Source of the DNA: Bacillales bacterium UBA784
GTDB taxonomy: Bacteria > Bacillota_I > Bacilli_A > RFN20 > CAG-288
NCBI GenBank assembly: GCA_002297045.1
Contig: DBJE01000003.1
Coordinates: forward strand, 65,537 to 129,536
Reading direction: 5' to 3'
DNA length: 64,000 nt
The number at the start of each line of letters is the position of its first letter. Position 1 is the stretch's first letter. This document shows positions 43,809-53,963 of the stretch, in pieces. A model generated the notes under the pieces. The model saw only the letters and a program-made list of their open reading frames with translations. It was not told the origin of the DNA and made no database searches. Made by a program: the position numbers and the translations under genes.

Positions 43809-45610
43809 TTTGTAAGTCCCTCCTTCTGAATCGAATAAATGTCCTGATAAATCGGATCATGCTCCAAAAGCCAGGAAGATGTGCCGATATTGTTGATTCT
43901 GCCGTCCTTAAGGACGATGATGCGGTCACTGTCCTCGATTGTCGACGTCTTCTGGGAGATGACAATCTTCGTCCTTTCCGGATAGCAGTCCTTTAGGTTC
44001 TTCTTCAGCCGGCTTTCCGTTATCCGGTCTAGGGCAGAGAAGGAATCATCGAGAATCAGGATCTTAGGATGGCGGAGCAAGGCTCTTGCGATGCATAATC
44101 GCTGTCTCTGCCCACCCGAGACGTTGCTTCCTGACTGGCCGATCTGGGTGTCTAGCCCTTTCGGAAGGCTTTCCCTGATGAAATCATAGCAGCAGGCAAT
44201 CTTGCAGGCCTGGATGATTTCCTCTTCACTTGCCTTTGGATTCCCCCAGAGAAGGTTTTCTCTCACCGTTCCGGTGAAAAGAAGCGGAGACTGGAAGGCA
44301 ATGGCGGTCTCCTTCCGGATCTCTTCTAAGGAATAGTCTTTAATCGGGTGACCGCCTATTCTGATTTCCCCCTTGTTGATATCATAGAAACGCTCAATCA
44401 GATAAATCAGAGTCGACTTAGAGGCTCCTGTCTCTCCAAGGATACCGATGGTTTCCCCGCTGTTGATGGAGAAACTGACATCGCTAAGGACGTCTTCCTT
44501 TGCGCTTTTATCGTATTTGAAGAAGACATGGTCAAAGGATATTGAGCCATCTTCTAGTTTCAGGGAAGAAGTAGGATTATCTTTAATCTCACTTTCTGCC
44601 GAAAAGACTTCTTTCACCCGTTCCACTGACGCAGAGGAACGGGTGAAGAGCATGAAGACGGAGGAAATCCTCTCTAAGGATGCCCTCCTTTGCGTGGTGT
44701 AGCTAAGGAAGGAGGTGATATTGGTCACCTCGTTTTTGATATCTGCGGGGATGGTGAAGTTCTCAATGATGTTGTTTCCGCCGATGAGGAGGATTCCGCA
44801 GATGCAGGCATAGGTCATCAACTGGGTGATGGCCCTATTGGAACCGACAAGGGCCAAGGATTTCCTTGATACGCTCTTGACCTGCGTGTTGACTAGGTTG
44901 AATTTCTCTTCCTCATAGTCCTTCTTGGCGTTGGCACGGATGAGCTTCCTCGCCCGCAGGGATTCGTCGGTCGTCCGGTTGACTCTGTCCCTAGCCTTCT
45001 GTAAGGCATAGAAGTGGGGGCGGGAGCAGAGGACGACCACAGTTAAGGCAAGGGCCAGAAGAGGAATGGATATCGCATAGACGATGGTCAGCTTCGTCGA
45101 AATCCTTACAGCAAAGACGAGGGCAAAAAGAAGCTGGAAGGGTCCGCGCAGAAAAGGGCGAAGGGACTGGCAGAAGCTATCGGAAATCAATTGGACATCG
45201 TTGGTCCTTCTTGTGATCAGGGAATTGACCCGGAACTGATCAAGGTTGGAAAAGGAAAATGCCTGGATTTTCTTGTACTCTTCCTTTCTCAGTTCATAGC
45301 CGAACCCTCTTCCTGCCTTGGCGGTTTCCTTGGCGCTTACAAGGCCAAGGACGAAGGCAAGAAGGGCAAAGCCGATCCTTACTCCGGCAATCCTTAAGAC
45401 GAACCCACGGTCATAGGAATAGCTTCCGTCCTTATTTAGGTTCCTGCCGTTAAGAAGCCTGATGTTCCTTAAAAACGGAAGGGAAATCTCCAGTGCGTTT
45501 TCCAGCCTGATACAGGCGCAGGCAGGAATCAGATTGGCCTTATAAGGCTTCCTGTATGTCCAAAGAGAAACGGTTTCCTTTTTCTTCTTTGTATGGATTG
45601 TTTTATTCAT
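43805..45610 (-). CDS. ABC exporter, fused permease/ATPase (heterodimer subunit 1)
   Basis: TM domain, Walker A GETGASKST, VSGGQRQRLCIARA, ILILDDSFSALD. ATGA overlap with the partner gene. Confidence 0.9.
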   Translation of the reverse strand: MNKTIHTKKKKETVSLWTYRKPYKANLIPACACIRLENALEISLPFLRNIRLLNGRNLNKDGSYSYDRGFVLRIAGVRIGFALLAFVLGLVSAKETAKAGRGFGYELRKEEYKKIQAFSFSNLDQFRVNSLITRRTNDVQLISDSFCQSLRPFLRGPFQLLFALVFAVRISTKLTIVYAISIPLLALALTVVVLCSRPHFYALQKARDRVNRTTDESLRARKLIRANAKKDYEEEKFNLVNTQVKSVSRKSLALVGSNRAITQLMTYACICGILLIGGNNIIENFTIPADIKNEVTNITSFLSYTTQRRASLERISSVFMLFTRSSASVERVKEVFSAESEIKDNPTSSLKLEDGSISFDHVFFKYDKSAKEDVLSDVSFSINSGETIGILGETGASKSTLIYLIERFYDINKGEIRIGGHPIKDYSLEEIRKETAIAFQSPLLFTGTVRENLLWGNPKASEEEIIQACKIACCYDFIRESLPKGLDTQIGQSGSNVSGGQRQRLCIARALLRHPKILILDDSFSALDRITESRLKKNLKDCYPERTKIVISQKTSTIEDSDRIIVLKDGRINNIGTSSWLLEHDPIYQDIYSIQKEGLTK

Positions 45611-45804
45611 ATTTAGACACCCCTTAAAATCACGAATGATTAGTCTATATCTTACTTCAACAGAATACTAGATGGGATAATCCTGCTTTGGAATTTTTTG
45701 CTGCCCGGCCCTTAGTCTTTCCTTCTCCCTTAGCCGCCTGAGCGTTTTTCTTTTTGCCTCTTTTTCCTATGCTATAATAAGCCCGAACATTGGAGGTGTT
45801 CGAT

Positions 45805-46377
45805 ATGACAGAAAAAGATTTGAAACGTTTAGCAGGTACGCAGACAGAAAAGAACTTACAGGCTGCCTTTGCCGGCGAAAGCCAGGCACATACAAAGTAC
45901 GCCTATTATGCTTCCGTTGCCAAGAACGAGGGACATCAGGCCTTTGCCGACCTCTTCAGGGAGACCTCTTTAAACGAGAACGAGCATGCTAAGCTCTGGT
46001 TCAAGTACCTTCACGGCGGAAACATTCCGGCCACGGAAGCCAACCTTGAAGATGCCGCTAACGGCGAACATTATGAGCAGACCACAAGGTATCCTGAATT
46101 CGCCAAGGTAGCCAAGGAAGAAGGCTTCCCGGAAATCGCTGCCAAATTCGCCCTTGTCGGTGCCATCGAAGCCCGTCACGAAGCCCGCTATAAAGAGCTT
46201 CTTGCCCAGCTTAAATCCAATAAGGTCGTCATCAAAGAGAACGTCCTTGTTGTCTGGAAGTGCACAGTCTGCGGCCATATTGCCGTTGGTGCAAAGCCGA
46301 CTGTCTGCCCGGTCTGCGGCCATAAGGATTCCTTCGTTCCGGAAGCCTTAAACTACGGCTGGACTCCTTCTAAGTAA
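45805..46377 (+). CDS. rbr: rubrerythrin
   Basis: Ferritin-like ExxH di-iron motifs (GESQAHTKY, NENEHAKLW, EARHEARY) plus a C-terminal rubredoxin CxxC...CxxC (CTVCGH...CPVCGH). Start at the ATG at 45805, 6 nt after GGAGGTG. TGCTATAAT upstream. Confidence 0.9.
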   Translation: MTEKDLKRLAGTQTEKNLQAAFAGESQAHTKYAYYASVAKNEGHQAFADLFRETSLNENEHAKLWFKYLHGGNIPATEANLEDAANGEHYEQTTRYPEFAKVAKEEGFPEIAAKFALVGAIEARHEARYKELLAQLKSNKVVIKENVLVVWKCTVCGHIAVGAKPTVCPVCGHKDSFVPEALNYGWTPSK

Positions 46378-46398
46378 TCCCTAAGAGAGTTTGTTTAA

Positions 46399-46425
46399 GG
46401 AAAGGGGCGACCCTTTCCTTTTTTT
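46399..46425 (+). terminator. rho-independent terminator after rbr
   Basis: GGAAAGGG-gcga-CCCTTTCC followed by TTTTTTT. Confidence 0.8.
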
Positions 46426-46532
46426 GGTTCAGGATATCCTTTTCCTGTTTATGAAAAAATTTTCATAAACTCAACCATTGCTTTCTTTTTTCCTATATAA
46501 TAAAGAAGATTAGAGTCTGGAGGATTCATACA

Positions 46533-47555
46533 ATGGACGAAATTAATGTCGTGAAAGCAAATCGCAAGGAACGGCCGACGATTTACGAAGTCGCCAAAGT
46601 AGCCGGTGTCTCCCTTGCCACGGTCAGCCGTGTAATCAATAACCACACAAACGTTACGGAGAAGACAAGAAAGGCAGTCGAAGACGCCATTCAGCGTCTT
46701 GGCTACAAGCCTTCCGCCCTTGCCCAGGGCTTAGCCAATTCTTCTTCGACGAACATCGGCATCAGGATTCCTTCTACCGGATATTCCTATGTTTCCAATA
46801 GGTTGGACGGAAGGATCGATGTCGCCAAGATTTATCACTATCTCACTTCCATTTTCATCACTAAGCGGACGAAAATCGATGCCGGCAATGTCATCGACAG
46901 CCTAATCCAGAGCCATGTCGACGGTGCTGTCATCTACGACGATGAGTTAGGTACGGATGAAATCCGTTCGATTCAGAACTACCATATTCCGCTCATTGTC
47001 ATCGGACACGATAGGGAAGGAACGGAACTTGGGTCCATCAGGATCGAATATAAAGATCCGGTCAGGGATGTCGTCAAGGCCCACAGGAATTCCACTAAGG
47101 AAGATGATGTCTATCTTCTTGATATCGTCAATCAGGGAAAGAGGCTCGATGATATCCGTGACGGTCTTCTTGAGTATGCCCAGGCAAACGGCCGGAAGAT
47201 TAACCTTCTGAATTTCAACGATTCCTACGGCATCGTCTATTCCGGAAGGCAGGAGTTCTTCAAAACCCACAAGAAGGGCTATATTGTCTGCCCCCGTGAT
47301 TCTTTGGCTGCCGCGGTCAATAATGCTGCCATCGAGGCCGGACTGAAGATTCCTGAGGATGTCCAGGTCCTCGCTGAAATCGGGAGCAAGTATTCCTATA
47401 TCGTCCGTCCGGAGATTTCCTCTTTCTCCATTGATAGGTTCAAGGTCGGAGCCTTAGCCGTCCGTAGGCTGACTAAGCTTATTAAGAGCCAGCCTTTGTC
47501 CAAGAAGACTCTACGCATCCGTGCGACGTACAATAAGCGTAATACGACGATTTAG
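46533..47555 (+). CDS. LacI-family transcriptional regulator
   Basis: TIYEVAKVAGVSLATVSRVINN HTH followed by a periplasmic-binding-type sensor domain. Confidence 0.85.
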   Translation: MDEINVVKANRKERPTIYEVAKVAGVSLATVSRVINNHTNVTEKTRKAVEDAIQRLGYKPSALAQGLANSSSTNIGIRIPSTGYSYVSNRLDGRIDVAKIYHYLTSIFITKRTKIDAGNVIDSLIQSHVDGAVIYDDELGTDEIRSIQNYHIPLIVIGHDREGTELGSIRIEYKDPVRDVVKAHRNSTKEDDVYLLDIVNQGKRLDDIRDGLLEYAQANGRKINLLNFNDSYGIVYSGRQEFFKTHKKGYIVCPRDSLAAAVNNAAIEAGLKIPEDVQVLAEIGSKYSYIVRPEISSFSIDRFKVGALAVRRLTKLIKSQPLSKKTLRIRATYNKRNTTI

Positions 47556-47569
47556 AGGAAACTGTTTCT

Positions 47570-49297
47570 ATGCCGTTATTTCTAGTAAATGCCGGTGTAG
47601 TTGTTGGTATCGTTTTCGGAGCCCTTGCTGCCTTAGGCCTTCTTTTCCTTGCCCTATGGTTTACTGCCCGCAAGCGGCTTAAAAGCATTCCCAAACAGCT
47701 CCGGGAGACTTTTGATACCTACTATACCCAGCTGACGACAAGTTGCAGACAGTCGGTCGACCGCCTTGGCAAATTAGGAAAGTTTTCTCCTGATTATCAG
47801 CAGAAGTACCTTGCCAAGAAGGAACAGTACGACAAAATCCTTAATGAGCGCGGAAAAGATGTAAAAGACTCCCTTAATTCCATGGATGGCCTTATCAGCG
47901 ATAAAGACTGGCGGTCTTTGCGCAGCAATCTTCCTGATTTCCAGAAAGGCGTAGAAGACTTTCATGGTGCTGTCTCCCGTTTCTCCTTGGATCTTTCGTC
48001 TCTTCTTCAGGATGAAAACGATACGTTTTCCGGATCTGTCTCTGTCCAGGAGAAGAACCGTAAAGCCAGAGAATTCTATGAGGAAAACAAAGAGGCCCTA
48101 TCTCCGATCAGTGAAAGCTTTTCGGTAATCTTTGCCGAAGCGGACAACGACTTCAAGAAATTCAACGAGTTAGCCAACCAGGGAAAGTTCAAGGATGCCC
48201 AGGCCTCCTTAGAAGACATTAACGGCGCCTTGACTGCTCTTATTCAGATTGAGGATAAACTTCCTCTTCTTACCGCCTCTCTTTATTCTGTCCTTCCTCA
48301 GAAGAGGGATAGCCTCTTAGAAAAGAATGAGAACAGGATCAAGGATGGCTTTGTCATCGAGTACAGGGAAGTCCCGGACAAGGTCAGAGAGAGGCGTATT
48401 GAGGTCGCTACTCTCTGTGCCCGTCTGAAGAACCTTGATGTCGAGGGAATTGATAGTCGGATTCAGGTTATCTCCAAGGAAATCAATAATCTGGAAGCCC
48501 AGTTCTGCAATGAAGAGAAGGCAAAGCAGGAGTTCCTTAGCGGACAGGATATCCTCTCTTCTTCTTCCTATCAGCTTGAGAAACGGTTTAGCCGCTCTAT
48601 GGACAGGCTCGATGAATATAAGAAGTACTATTGCATCGACGAAAAATATATCCGCGACAGGAACGGTCTAAAGGGAGTTATCGAGAACATCAATCTATTG
48701 AAGACAAAGCTTGATTCCTATACCGGGACCGGAAGGAAAGAGTCCTATATCGTCATTGTCCGGATTAGGAACGAAAGGCGTAGGGGAAGGCAGAAAGCCG
48801 AAAAGACCAGGAATGCCTATGATGAGTACATCAAGTCCATCCGGCAGAAGACCGGAGACACCTTTAAGGAAATCAGGGACACCTACTATCGGCTGAAAGT
48901 CGGAGAGAAGACCCTGCGGGAAAGGAATGTCGCTTCCTCTCTCGCCCTTTATCTTCCCCGCTTTAGGAAAAGGGAGGCCTTGGCGAAAAAAGGAACCGAC
49001 ATCCTTTCCGTCGTTCCGATTGATTTGAATGCACTCGCCGAGACAAATGACGAACTGCAAAGCTCGACTTCTGCGCTGCTGAAAGAAGTGGAAGAGCGGA
49101 ATAAGGAAAGGGAACTATCCGAAGCGGCCATTGTCACGGGAAACCTTTATCGGCAGAACTTCACCGATGCCAACAGCTTGCTTGACCAGGCCGAGAAAAG
49201 CTTCCGTGAAGGCGACTTCGAGCGCGCCTTCAGCGAAGCCACCCGGGTCATCCAAAGGAGGAAGACGGACAACCGGAATCCATCGGCTATCCGTTAG
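47570..49297 (+). CDS. ezrA: septation ring formation regulator EzrA-like (N-terminal TM plus coiled coil)
   Basis: Single N-terminal TM, about 540 aa of coiled-coil-type sequence, size typical of EzrA. Sits upstream of a cysteine desulfurase and thiI, which I recall (from memory, not checked) as the arrangement in other Bacilli. Sequence identity not verifiable by eye. Confidence 0.6.
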   Translation: MPLFLVNAGVVVGIVFGALAALGLLFLALWFTARKRLKSIPKQLRETFDTYYTQLTTSCRQSVDRLGKLGKFSPDYQQKYLAKKEQYDKILNERGKDVKDSLNSMDGLISDKDWRSLRSNLPDFQKGVEDFHGAVSRFSLDLSSLLQDENDTFSGSVSVQEKNRKAREFYEENKEALSPISESFSVIFAEADNDFKKFNELANQGKFKDAQASLEDINGALTALIQIEDKLPLLTASLYSVLPQKRDSLLEKNENRIKDGFVIEYREVPDKVRERRIEVATLCARLKNLDVEGIDSRIQVISKEINNLEAQFCNEEKAKQEFLSGQDILSSSSYQLEKRFSRSMDRLDEYKKYYCIDEKYIRDRNGLKGVIENINLLKTKLDSYTGTGRKESYIVIVRIRNERRRGRQKAEKTRNAYDEYIKSIRQKTGDTFKEIRDTYYRLKVGEKTLRERNVASSLALYLPRFRKREALAKKGTDILSVVPIDLNALAETNDELQSSTSALLKEVEERNKERELSEAAIVTGNLYRQNFTDANSLLDQAEKSFREGDFERAFSEATRVIQRRKTDNRNPSAIR

Positions 49298-49302
49298 TCA
49301 CC

Positions 49303-50436
49303 ATGAAAGAAATCTATTTCGATAATGCCGCTACGACGAAACCTTATCCGGAGGTTCTTTCAATCTTCGATAAGGTCGCCAGGGATGATTTTGCTAACGC
49401 CAGCTCAAGGCATGCCTTAGGGCTTAAGGCCCATGACCTGTTAGAGAAGGCCAGACGGCAGATTGCCCGCTACCTAAAAGTGAAGGAGAACGAAATCGTC
49501 TTTACCTCCGGCGCAAGCGAAGGAAATAACCTTGCCATCAAGGGGGTCAGCTATCATAACCATGGCTGGGCGAACCGGATCATTACCACAAAGGCCGAAC
49601 ATCCCTCGGTGAGGAATGTCTTCATGAAGCTTGAGAAAGAAGGCTTTGATGTCGTCTACCTTGACTATGACAAAGAAGGCAGACTGAACCTTGAAGAGCT
49701 AAAGAACGCCCTGAACGAACACACTTCCTTAGTCTCCGTCATGGCTGTCAATAATGAACTCGGGGATGTCTTCCCTATCCATGAAGTCCATGAGCTTCTG
49801 AAAGGAAGCAAGGCTGTCCTCCATGTTGACGCCACGCAGGCAATCGGCAAGGAGGATGTGGACAGCAAGGACTATGACCTGATGACTTTCTCTGGACATA
49901 AAATCGGTGGAAGGAAGGGATCTGGTCTGCTGGTCAAGAAGGAAAAAGTCAGGCTCGACGGACAGATTCTAGGCGGAAGCCAGGAAGAGGGCCTTCGGGC
50001 AGGGACAAGTCCGCTTCCTCTTGACTGCTCTCTTGCCACTGCAATCCGTCTTACCCTCACTTCCCAAAAAGAGAGAAGAGAAAACGCCAGAAAGAGGAAC
50101 GGATTCCTAAGAGAGGAATTATCCAAGATTCCGGAAATCGTCATCACTTCCCCTAACAGTGGGACTCCCTTTATTCTTTCTTTCGCCTTGACTAAACATA
50201 AAGGCTCCGTCATTGCCCAGGCTCTTTCGGATAGAGGCATCTATGTATCGACGAAGTCAGCCTGCTCGGCAAGAGAAGCCGGTTTCTCTTCCGTGGTGAA
50301 AAACGCCGGCTATTCTTCCTTGGTTGCCTCTAACAATATCCGTCTTTCCTTTTCGGGAAGAGAGAGCCTAGAGGAAGGAAGCTACTTCAGGGAAGTGTTG
50401 AAGGATATCCTTGCCCATACAAGGATTAAGGAGTGA
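49303..50436 (+). CDS. class V aminotransferase-fold cysteine desulfurase (NifS/IscS/NifZ-like)
   Basis: FTSGASEGNN, PLP-Lys motif SGHKIGG, active-site STKSACS. Precedes thiI. Confidence 0.9.
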   Translation: MKEIYFDNAATTKPYPEVLSIFDKVARDDFANASSRHALGLKAHDLLEKARRQIARYLKVKENEIVFTSGASEGNNLAIKGVSYHNHGWANRIITTKAEHPSVRNVFMKLEKEGFDVVYLDYDKEGRLNLEELKNALNEHTSLVSVMAVNNELGDVFPIHEVHELLKGSKAVLHVDATQAIGKEDVDSKDYDLMTFSGHKIGGRKGSGLLVKKEKVRLDGQILGGSQEEGLRAGTSPLPLDCSLATAIRLTLTSQKERRENARKRNGFLREELSKIPEIVITSPNSGTPFILSFALTKHKGSVIAQALSDRGIYVSTKSACSAREAGFSSVVKNAGYSSLVASNNIRLSFSGRESLEEGSYFREVLKDILAHTRIKE

Positions 50437-50438
50437 AC

Positions 50439-51620
50439 ATGGACGGAAACAGCAATCTTATCGTCGTCTTTTTCGGTGAACTGACGACCAAAGGGAAGAA
50501 CATCAGGGATTTTATCAACCTGCTCGGGAAGAACATCCGTTTTGCCCTGAAAAAATATAAAAACCTGACCTATGATATCCGTAGGGATCATATTTATATC
50601 CATCTGAACGGGGAGGACTATGCATCCATCAAGGAAGACCTTTCTAAGGTTCCTGGCATTGGTTCCTTTGCTTTGGCAATCCGTGTCGACAAAGACCTTG
50701 CCGCCATCAAGGAACAGGCCTTAGAAAGGTATAAGGAAGTCAGTCCCTCCTCTTTCAAAATCGACACGAAGCGTGCCGACAAGACTTTTCCTTTGACCTC
50801 CGATGAGATAAGCCGGGAAGTCGGGGCCTATATTCTCACCCACAGCGAGAACGGACACGTCGATGTCCATCATCCGGAGCTTATGATCCATGTCTCCATC
50901 CGGAGGAAGGATGCCTATGTCTACGGAAAGAAGGATAAAGGCAGGGGCGGCTATCCTTTAGGAATTGCCGGAAAGTCTTTGTGTCTTCTCTCCGGCGGCA
51001 TCGATTCCCCGGTTGCAGCCTATCTTAGGAGGAAGCGTGGAGTCAAACTGGAGTGCATCCATTTTGCCGCCCCGCCTTATACCTCCCAGGCCGTCATCGA
51101 GAAAATCCATGATCTTCTCCATGTCCTTAATGTCTATCAGCCTGACATCAAGCTTTACGTCGTCCCCTTCACGAATCTAGAGCGGAAAATCTACGAAGTC
51201 GCCGGCCCTAGCTATTGTGTCACCGTCAGGAGACGGAGGATGCTCCGGATCAGCGAAGCCATCGCCTATAAACACAATGACCTAGTCATCTCAGGCGGAG
51301 AAAGCATCGGCCAGGTTGCCAGCCAGACCCTCTATTCAAGGAAGGTCATTGAGGAAGTGTCCACGCTTCCCTTTATCCGACCTCTTGCCACCTATGATAA
51401 AACCGAAATCATCGATATTGCACAGAAAATCGGGACGTTCGACATCTCCATCCGTCCATACGAGGACTGCTGCACGATTTTCACCCTGAAAGACCCGGTA
51501 ACGCATCCGAATCTAGACAAGGTCAAGGAAATCGAGAATAGTTTCGACTGGAAGAGCCTGAGGGTCGAATGCATTAAGAACACAACCGCTGAGCATATCA
51601 CCAGCGATGAGGAATTCTAA
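50439..51620 (+). CDS. thiI: tRNA 4-thiouridine synthase ThiI
   Basis: THUMP domain then PP-loop LLSGGIDSPVAAYL. ATG at 50439 lies 5 nt after AAGGAG (track start 50433 is GTG). Confidence 0.9.
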   Translation: MDGNSNLIVVFFGELTTKGKNIRDFINLLGKNIRFALKKYKNLTYDIRRDHIYIHLNGEDYASIKEDLSKVPGIGSFALAIRVDKDLAAIKEQALERYKEVSPSSFKIDTKRADKTFPLTSDEISREVGAYILTHSENGHVDVHHPELMIHVSIRRKDAYVYGKKDKGRGGYPLGIAGKSLCLLSGGIDSPVAAYLRRKRGVKLECIHFAAPPYTSQAVIEKIHDLLHVLNVYQPDIKLYVVPFTNLERKIYEVAGPSYCVTVRRRRMLRISEAIAYKHNDLVISGGESIGQVASQTLYSRKVIEEVSTLPFIRPLATYDKTEIIDIAQKIGTFDISIRPYEDCCTIFTLKDPVTHPNLDKVKEIENSFDWKSLRVECIKNTTAEHITSDEEF

Positions 51621-51631
51621 AACCGCGAAAG

Positions 51632-51666
51632 AAAAAAACCTGTCTGTCAGACCGGACAGGTTTTTC
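51632..51666. terminator. bidirectional terminator between thiI and rplT
   Basis: AAAAAAA-CCTGTC-loop-GACAGG-TTTTTC. Confidence 0.75.
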
Positions 51667-51684
51667 TCTTTTGATTTAAGTTGC

Positions 51685-52056
51685 TTAAGCAGCTTTCTTG
51701 CCGTTCTCGATGGCTTTCTTGGAAAGTTCGACGAACTGTTTGAACTGCTCTGCGTTGGTTCCGGCTAATTCGGATAACCTCTTACGGTTAAGCTGGACAT
51801 CAGCAAGCTTAAGTCCGTACCTGAACTGGGAATAAGAGATTCCGTTCAGCTTGCAGGCTGCGGAGATACGGCGGATCCAAAGCTTACGATAGTCACGTTT
51901 CCGTTCCTTACGGCCGACGAAGCTCTTGGCATCGGCTTTCCTGACCGCTTCCTTGGCAGTCTTGAAAAGCTTATGACGGGATCCGTAGAATCCCTCTGCG
52001 CGGTCTAAGATACGTTTCCGGCTATCATGCCGGACAGTTCCACGTTTAACTCTCAT
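51685..52056 (-). CDS. rplT: 50S ribosomal protein L20
   Basis: MRVKRGTV...KRDYRKLWI.RI.AA...G.SYS.F..GL....NRK-AGG-LSELA. Confidence 0.95.
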   Translation of the reverse strand: MRVKRGTVRHDSRKRILDRAEGFYGSRHKLFKTAKEAVRKADAKSFVGRKERKRDYRKLWIRRISAACKLNGISYSQFRYGLKLADVQLNRKRLSELAGTNAEQFKQFVELSKKAIENGKKAA

Positions 52057-52074
52057 TGTAGATTAGTCCTCTCT

Positions 52075-52269
52075 TTACTTGTTGATCAGCTGACGCCTCT
52101 TCTTCGTATTTAACGAAGTGAGGTAACGGGCCTTCCGGTTGTGACGGATCAGCTTATGGCTCTTGCTGTGCGAGAGGTGGCTTGTATTCTGGTTCCACTT
52201 CTTGATTTTGCCGGTTCCCGTAACTTTGAAACGTTTGACGGCAGTACGTTTACTCTTCCTCTTTGGCAT
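52075..52269 (-). CDS. rpmI: 50S ribosomal protein L35
   Basis: MPK-AGG-KSKRTAVKRFKVTGTGKIK; codon 4 is AGG where the family has Met. Confidence 0.95.
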   Translation of the reverse strand: MPKRKSKRTAVKRFKVTGTGKIKKWNQNTSHLSHSKSHKLIRHNRKARYLTSLNTKKRRQLINK

Positions 52270-52846
52270 TAGATTGCCCTCCTTGTTTTTTCCTGACGAC
52301 GTTCTTCGGATTCAGCCTGACGAAGTAATCCCGTCCTAACAGATCGGGAGCCTTCTCCCTCGTGCTATGGTCTTTGACGAGCTCAAGGAAGCTTGCCCTT
52401 GTCTCCTTGACGATGTCCCTTCTTTGCCTCCTACGGCCTTTGATGAAGACGGCGACTTTGACTTTCCTTCCATCATCAAGGAACTTGTTGGCGGCTTTTG
52501 CCTTCGTCTCAAGATCGTGCTTATCGGTCGTCGCAGTGAAGCGGATTTCCTTAATCACGGTCTTCTTCTGGTTCTTCTTTGCCTCTTTGGCTTTCTTTTC
52601 CCGGTCGAACTTGTATTTGCCGTAGTCGACAATCTTGCAGACCGGAGGATGGGCCATAGGAGAAATGCAGAGAAGATCCATCTGGGCATCATAGGACTTT
52701 GCCTGGGCGACACGGATCGGCACGATCCCGTAGTTTTCGCCCTGAGGTCCGATAAGAAGAACCTCTTTGAAGTGGATACGCTCATTGACGAGATCCGTAT
52801 TCTTCTTCGGACGGAAACGATTGTTCGGGTTATTACTGTTAAGTAT
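52250..52846 (-). CDS. infC: translation initiation factor IF-3 with non-canonical ATA (or ATT) start
   Basis: The track ORF starts at an internal GTG. The frame stays open upstream: ...NSNNPNNRFRPKKNTDLVNERIHFKEVLLIGPQGENYGIVPIRVAQ..., the IF-3 N-domain. There is no ATG/GTG/TTG between the GGAGGT RBS (52854..52859) and this region. ATA at 52844..52846 is well spaced; ATT at 52850..52852 is too close. Confidence 0.8.
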   Translation of the reverse strand: MLNSNNPNNRFRPKKNTDLVNERIHFKEVLLIGPQGENYGIVPIRVAQAKSYDAQMDLLCISPMAHPPVCKIVDYGKYKFDREKKAKEAKKNQKKTVIKEIRFTATTDKHDLETKAKAANKFLDDGRKVKVAVFIKGRRRQRRDIVKETRASFLELVKDHSTREKAPDLLGRDYFVRLNPKNVVRKKQGGQSNAKEEE

Positions 52847-52859
52847 AAGAATTACCTCC

Positions 52860-53055
52860 GTTAGTAGTGCGAAAAAGCGGGTACCGAGACAGAGTACCCG
52901 CTTTCGAAAAGACTATGATTTCTGTGCTAAATGACACATCAGTCAAGCTCTTTGCCGATCGAAACAGGATTCAATCCGGCGAGAAGTGGTGTTCTCTTTC
53001 TTGGTGCGAGAAATTTCGCATTAGTAATTGTAGTGGTTATTGCAAGGGATGTCAA
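52860..53055 (-). promoter_or_regulatory. infC leader with terminator/attenuator hairpin (candidate L20 leader)
   Basis: Minus strand: AGCGGGTAC-loop-GTACCCGCT followed by TTTTTCGC (52871..52902), only about 15 nt before the infC RBS. This matches transcription attenuation by L20 in Firmicutes; the anti-terminator/L20 site was not modelled. Confidence 0.4.
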
Positions 53056-53955
53056 CTATTTTTTCTGTCCGCCGCTTCCGGCCTCAAGACGGGCAAGAAT
53101 CTTCTTCAGTTCATCGACATCGTACTTATAAGTCTTTCCGCAGAAGTCACAGGTGGCTTCCACCGGTTTGTTTTCTTCAATCCTCTGTCTGAGGGCAGGG
53201 ATGCCAAGCGTTCCGATGACTTCCCTTCCTCTGTCTTTGGAACAATTGCAATGCCAGAAGACTTCTTTTTTACTGGTGACCTGATGGTCGAATCCATCTA
53301 GGACGATGTCGAGCCTCTCTTCCGGACTCTTCCCTGCTTTGAGAATCTCGGTGACGGAAGGAATCTTCTTTAAATTCTCCTCAAGCCTGTCGATGACCTT
53401 TGGGTCGGTGTTCGGCCTAAGCTGCACGATAAATCCGCCGGAGGCCGTCACCCGCTGCTTTTCAAGGAGAACCCCAAGTCCGACCGCCGTCGGAATCTGC
53501 TCCGACTGGGCAAAATAATAGGTCAGGTCATCGGCGATTTCTCCGGAATATAAATCGATGGTAGAGGAATACGGCTCTTTCCTGCCAAGATCGCGGATGA
53601 CGGTCAGGCTTCCCTTCCCGATTCCGCCTCCGACATCGAGGTGTCCGTTTTGCTTAAGAGGTAGTTCGGCACTAGGATTGGAAACATAGCCGCGCACTTC
53701 GCCTTTGTAATTGGAGGTGACGATGACATGCTTTAAAGGTCCGTCCCCGATCAGCTGAAGGGTAAGTTTGTCGCTATCGGATTTCCTCCTTGCACCCATC
53801 CTTAGTCCGGCGGACCTAAGCCGGCCAAGTGCTGCGGTAGCCAAAGAGGAATTGTGATGGATGGTTCTTGCATAGTCCACTAGTCCTCGGTCTGTGACGG
53901 CAAAGGCACGGACCTGCTCTTTGGCAGCTATTTCCCGGATCAGATAGTCTTCCAT
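53056..53955 (-). CDS. hslO: redox-regulated chaperone Hsp33
   Basis: Hsp33 fold, C-terminal zinc switch WHCNCS...CDFCGKTY. Confidence 0.9.
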   Translation of the reverse strand: MEDYLIREIAAKEQVRAFAVTDRGLVDYARTIHHNSSLATAALGRLRSAGLRMGARRKSDSDKLTLQLIGDGPLKHVIVTSNYKGEVRGYVSNPSAELPLKQNGHLDVGGGIGKGSLTVIRDLGRKEPYSSTIDLYSGEIADDLTYYFAQSEQIPTAVGLGVLLEKQRVTASGGFIVQLRPNTDPKVIDRLEENLKKIPSVTEILKAGKSPEERLDIVLDGFDHQVTSKKEVFWHCNCSKDRGREVIGTLGIPALRQRIEENKPVEATCDFCGKTYKYDVDELKKILARLEAGSGGQKK

Positions 53956-53963
53956 CGTATAGA

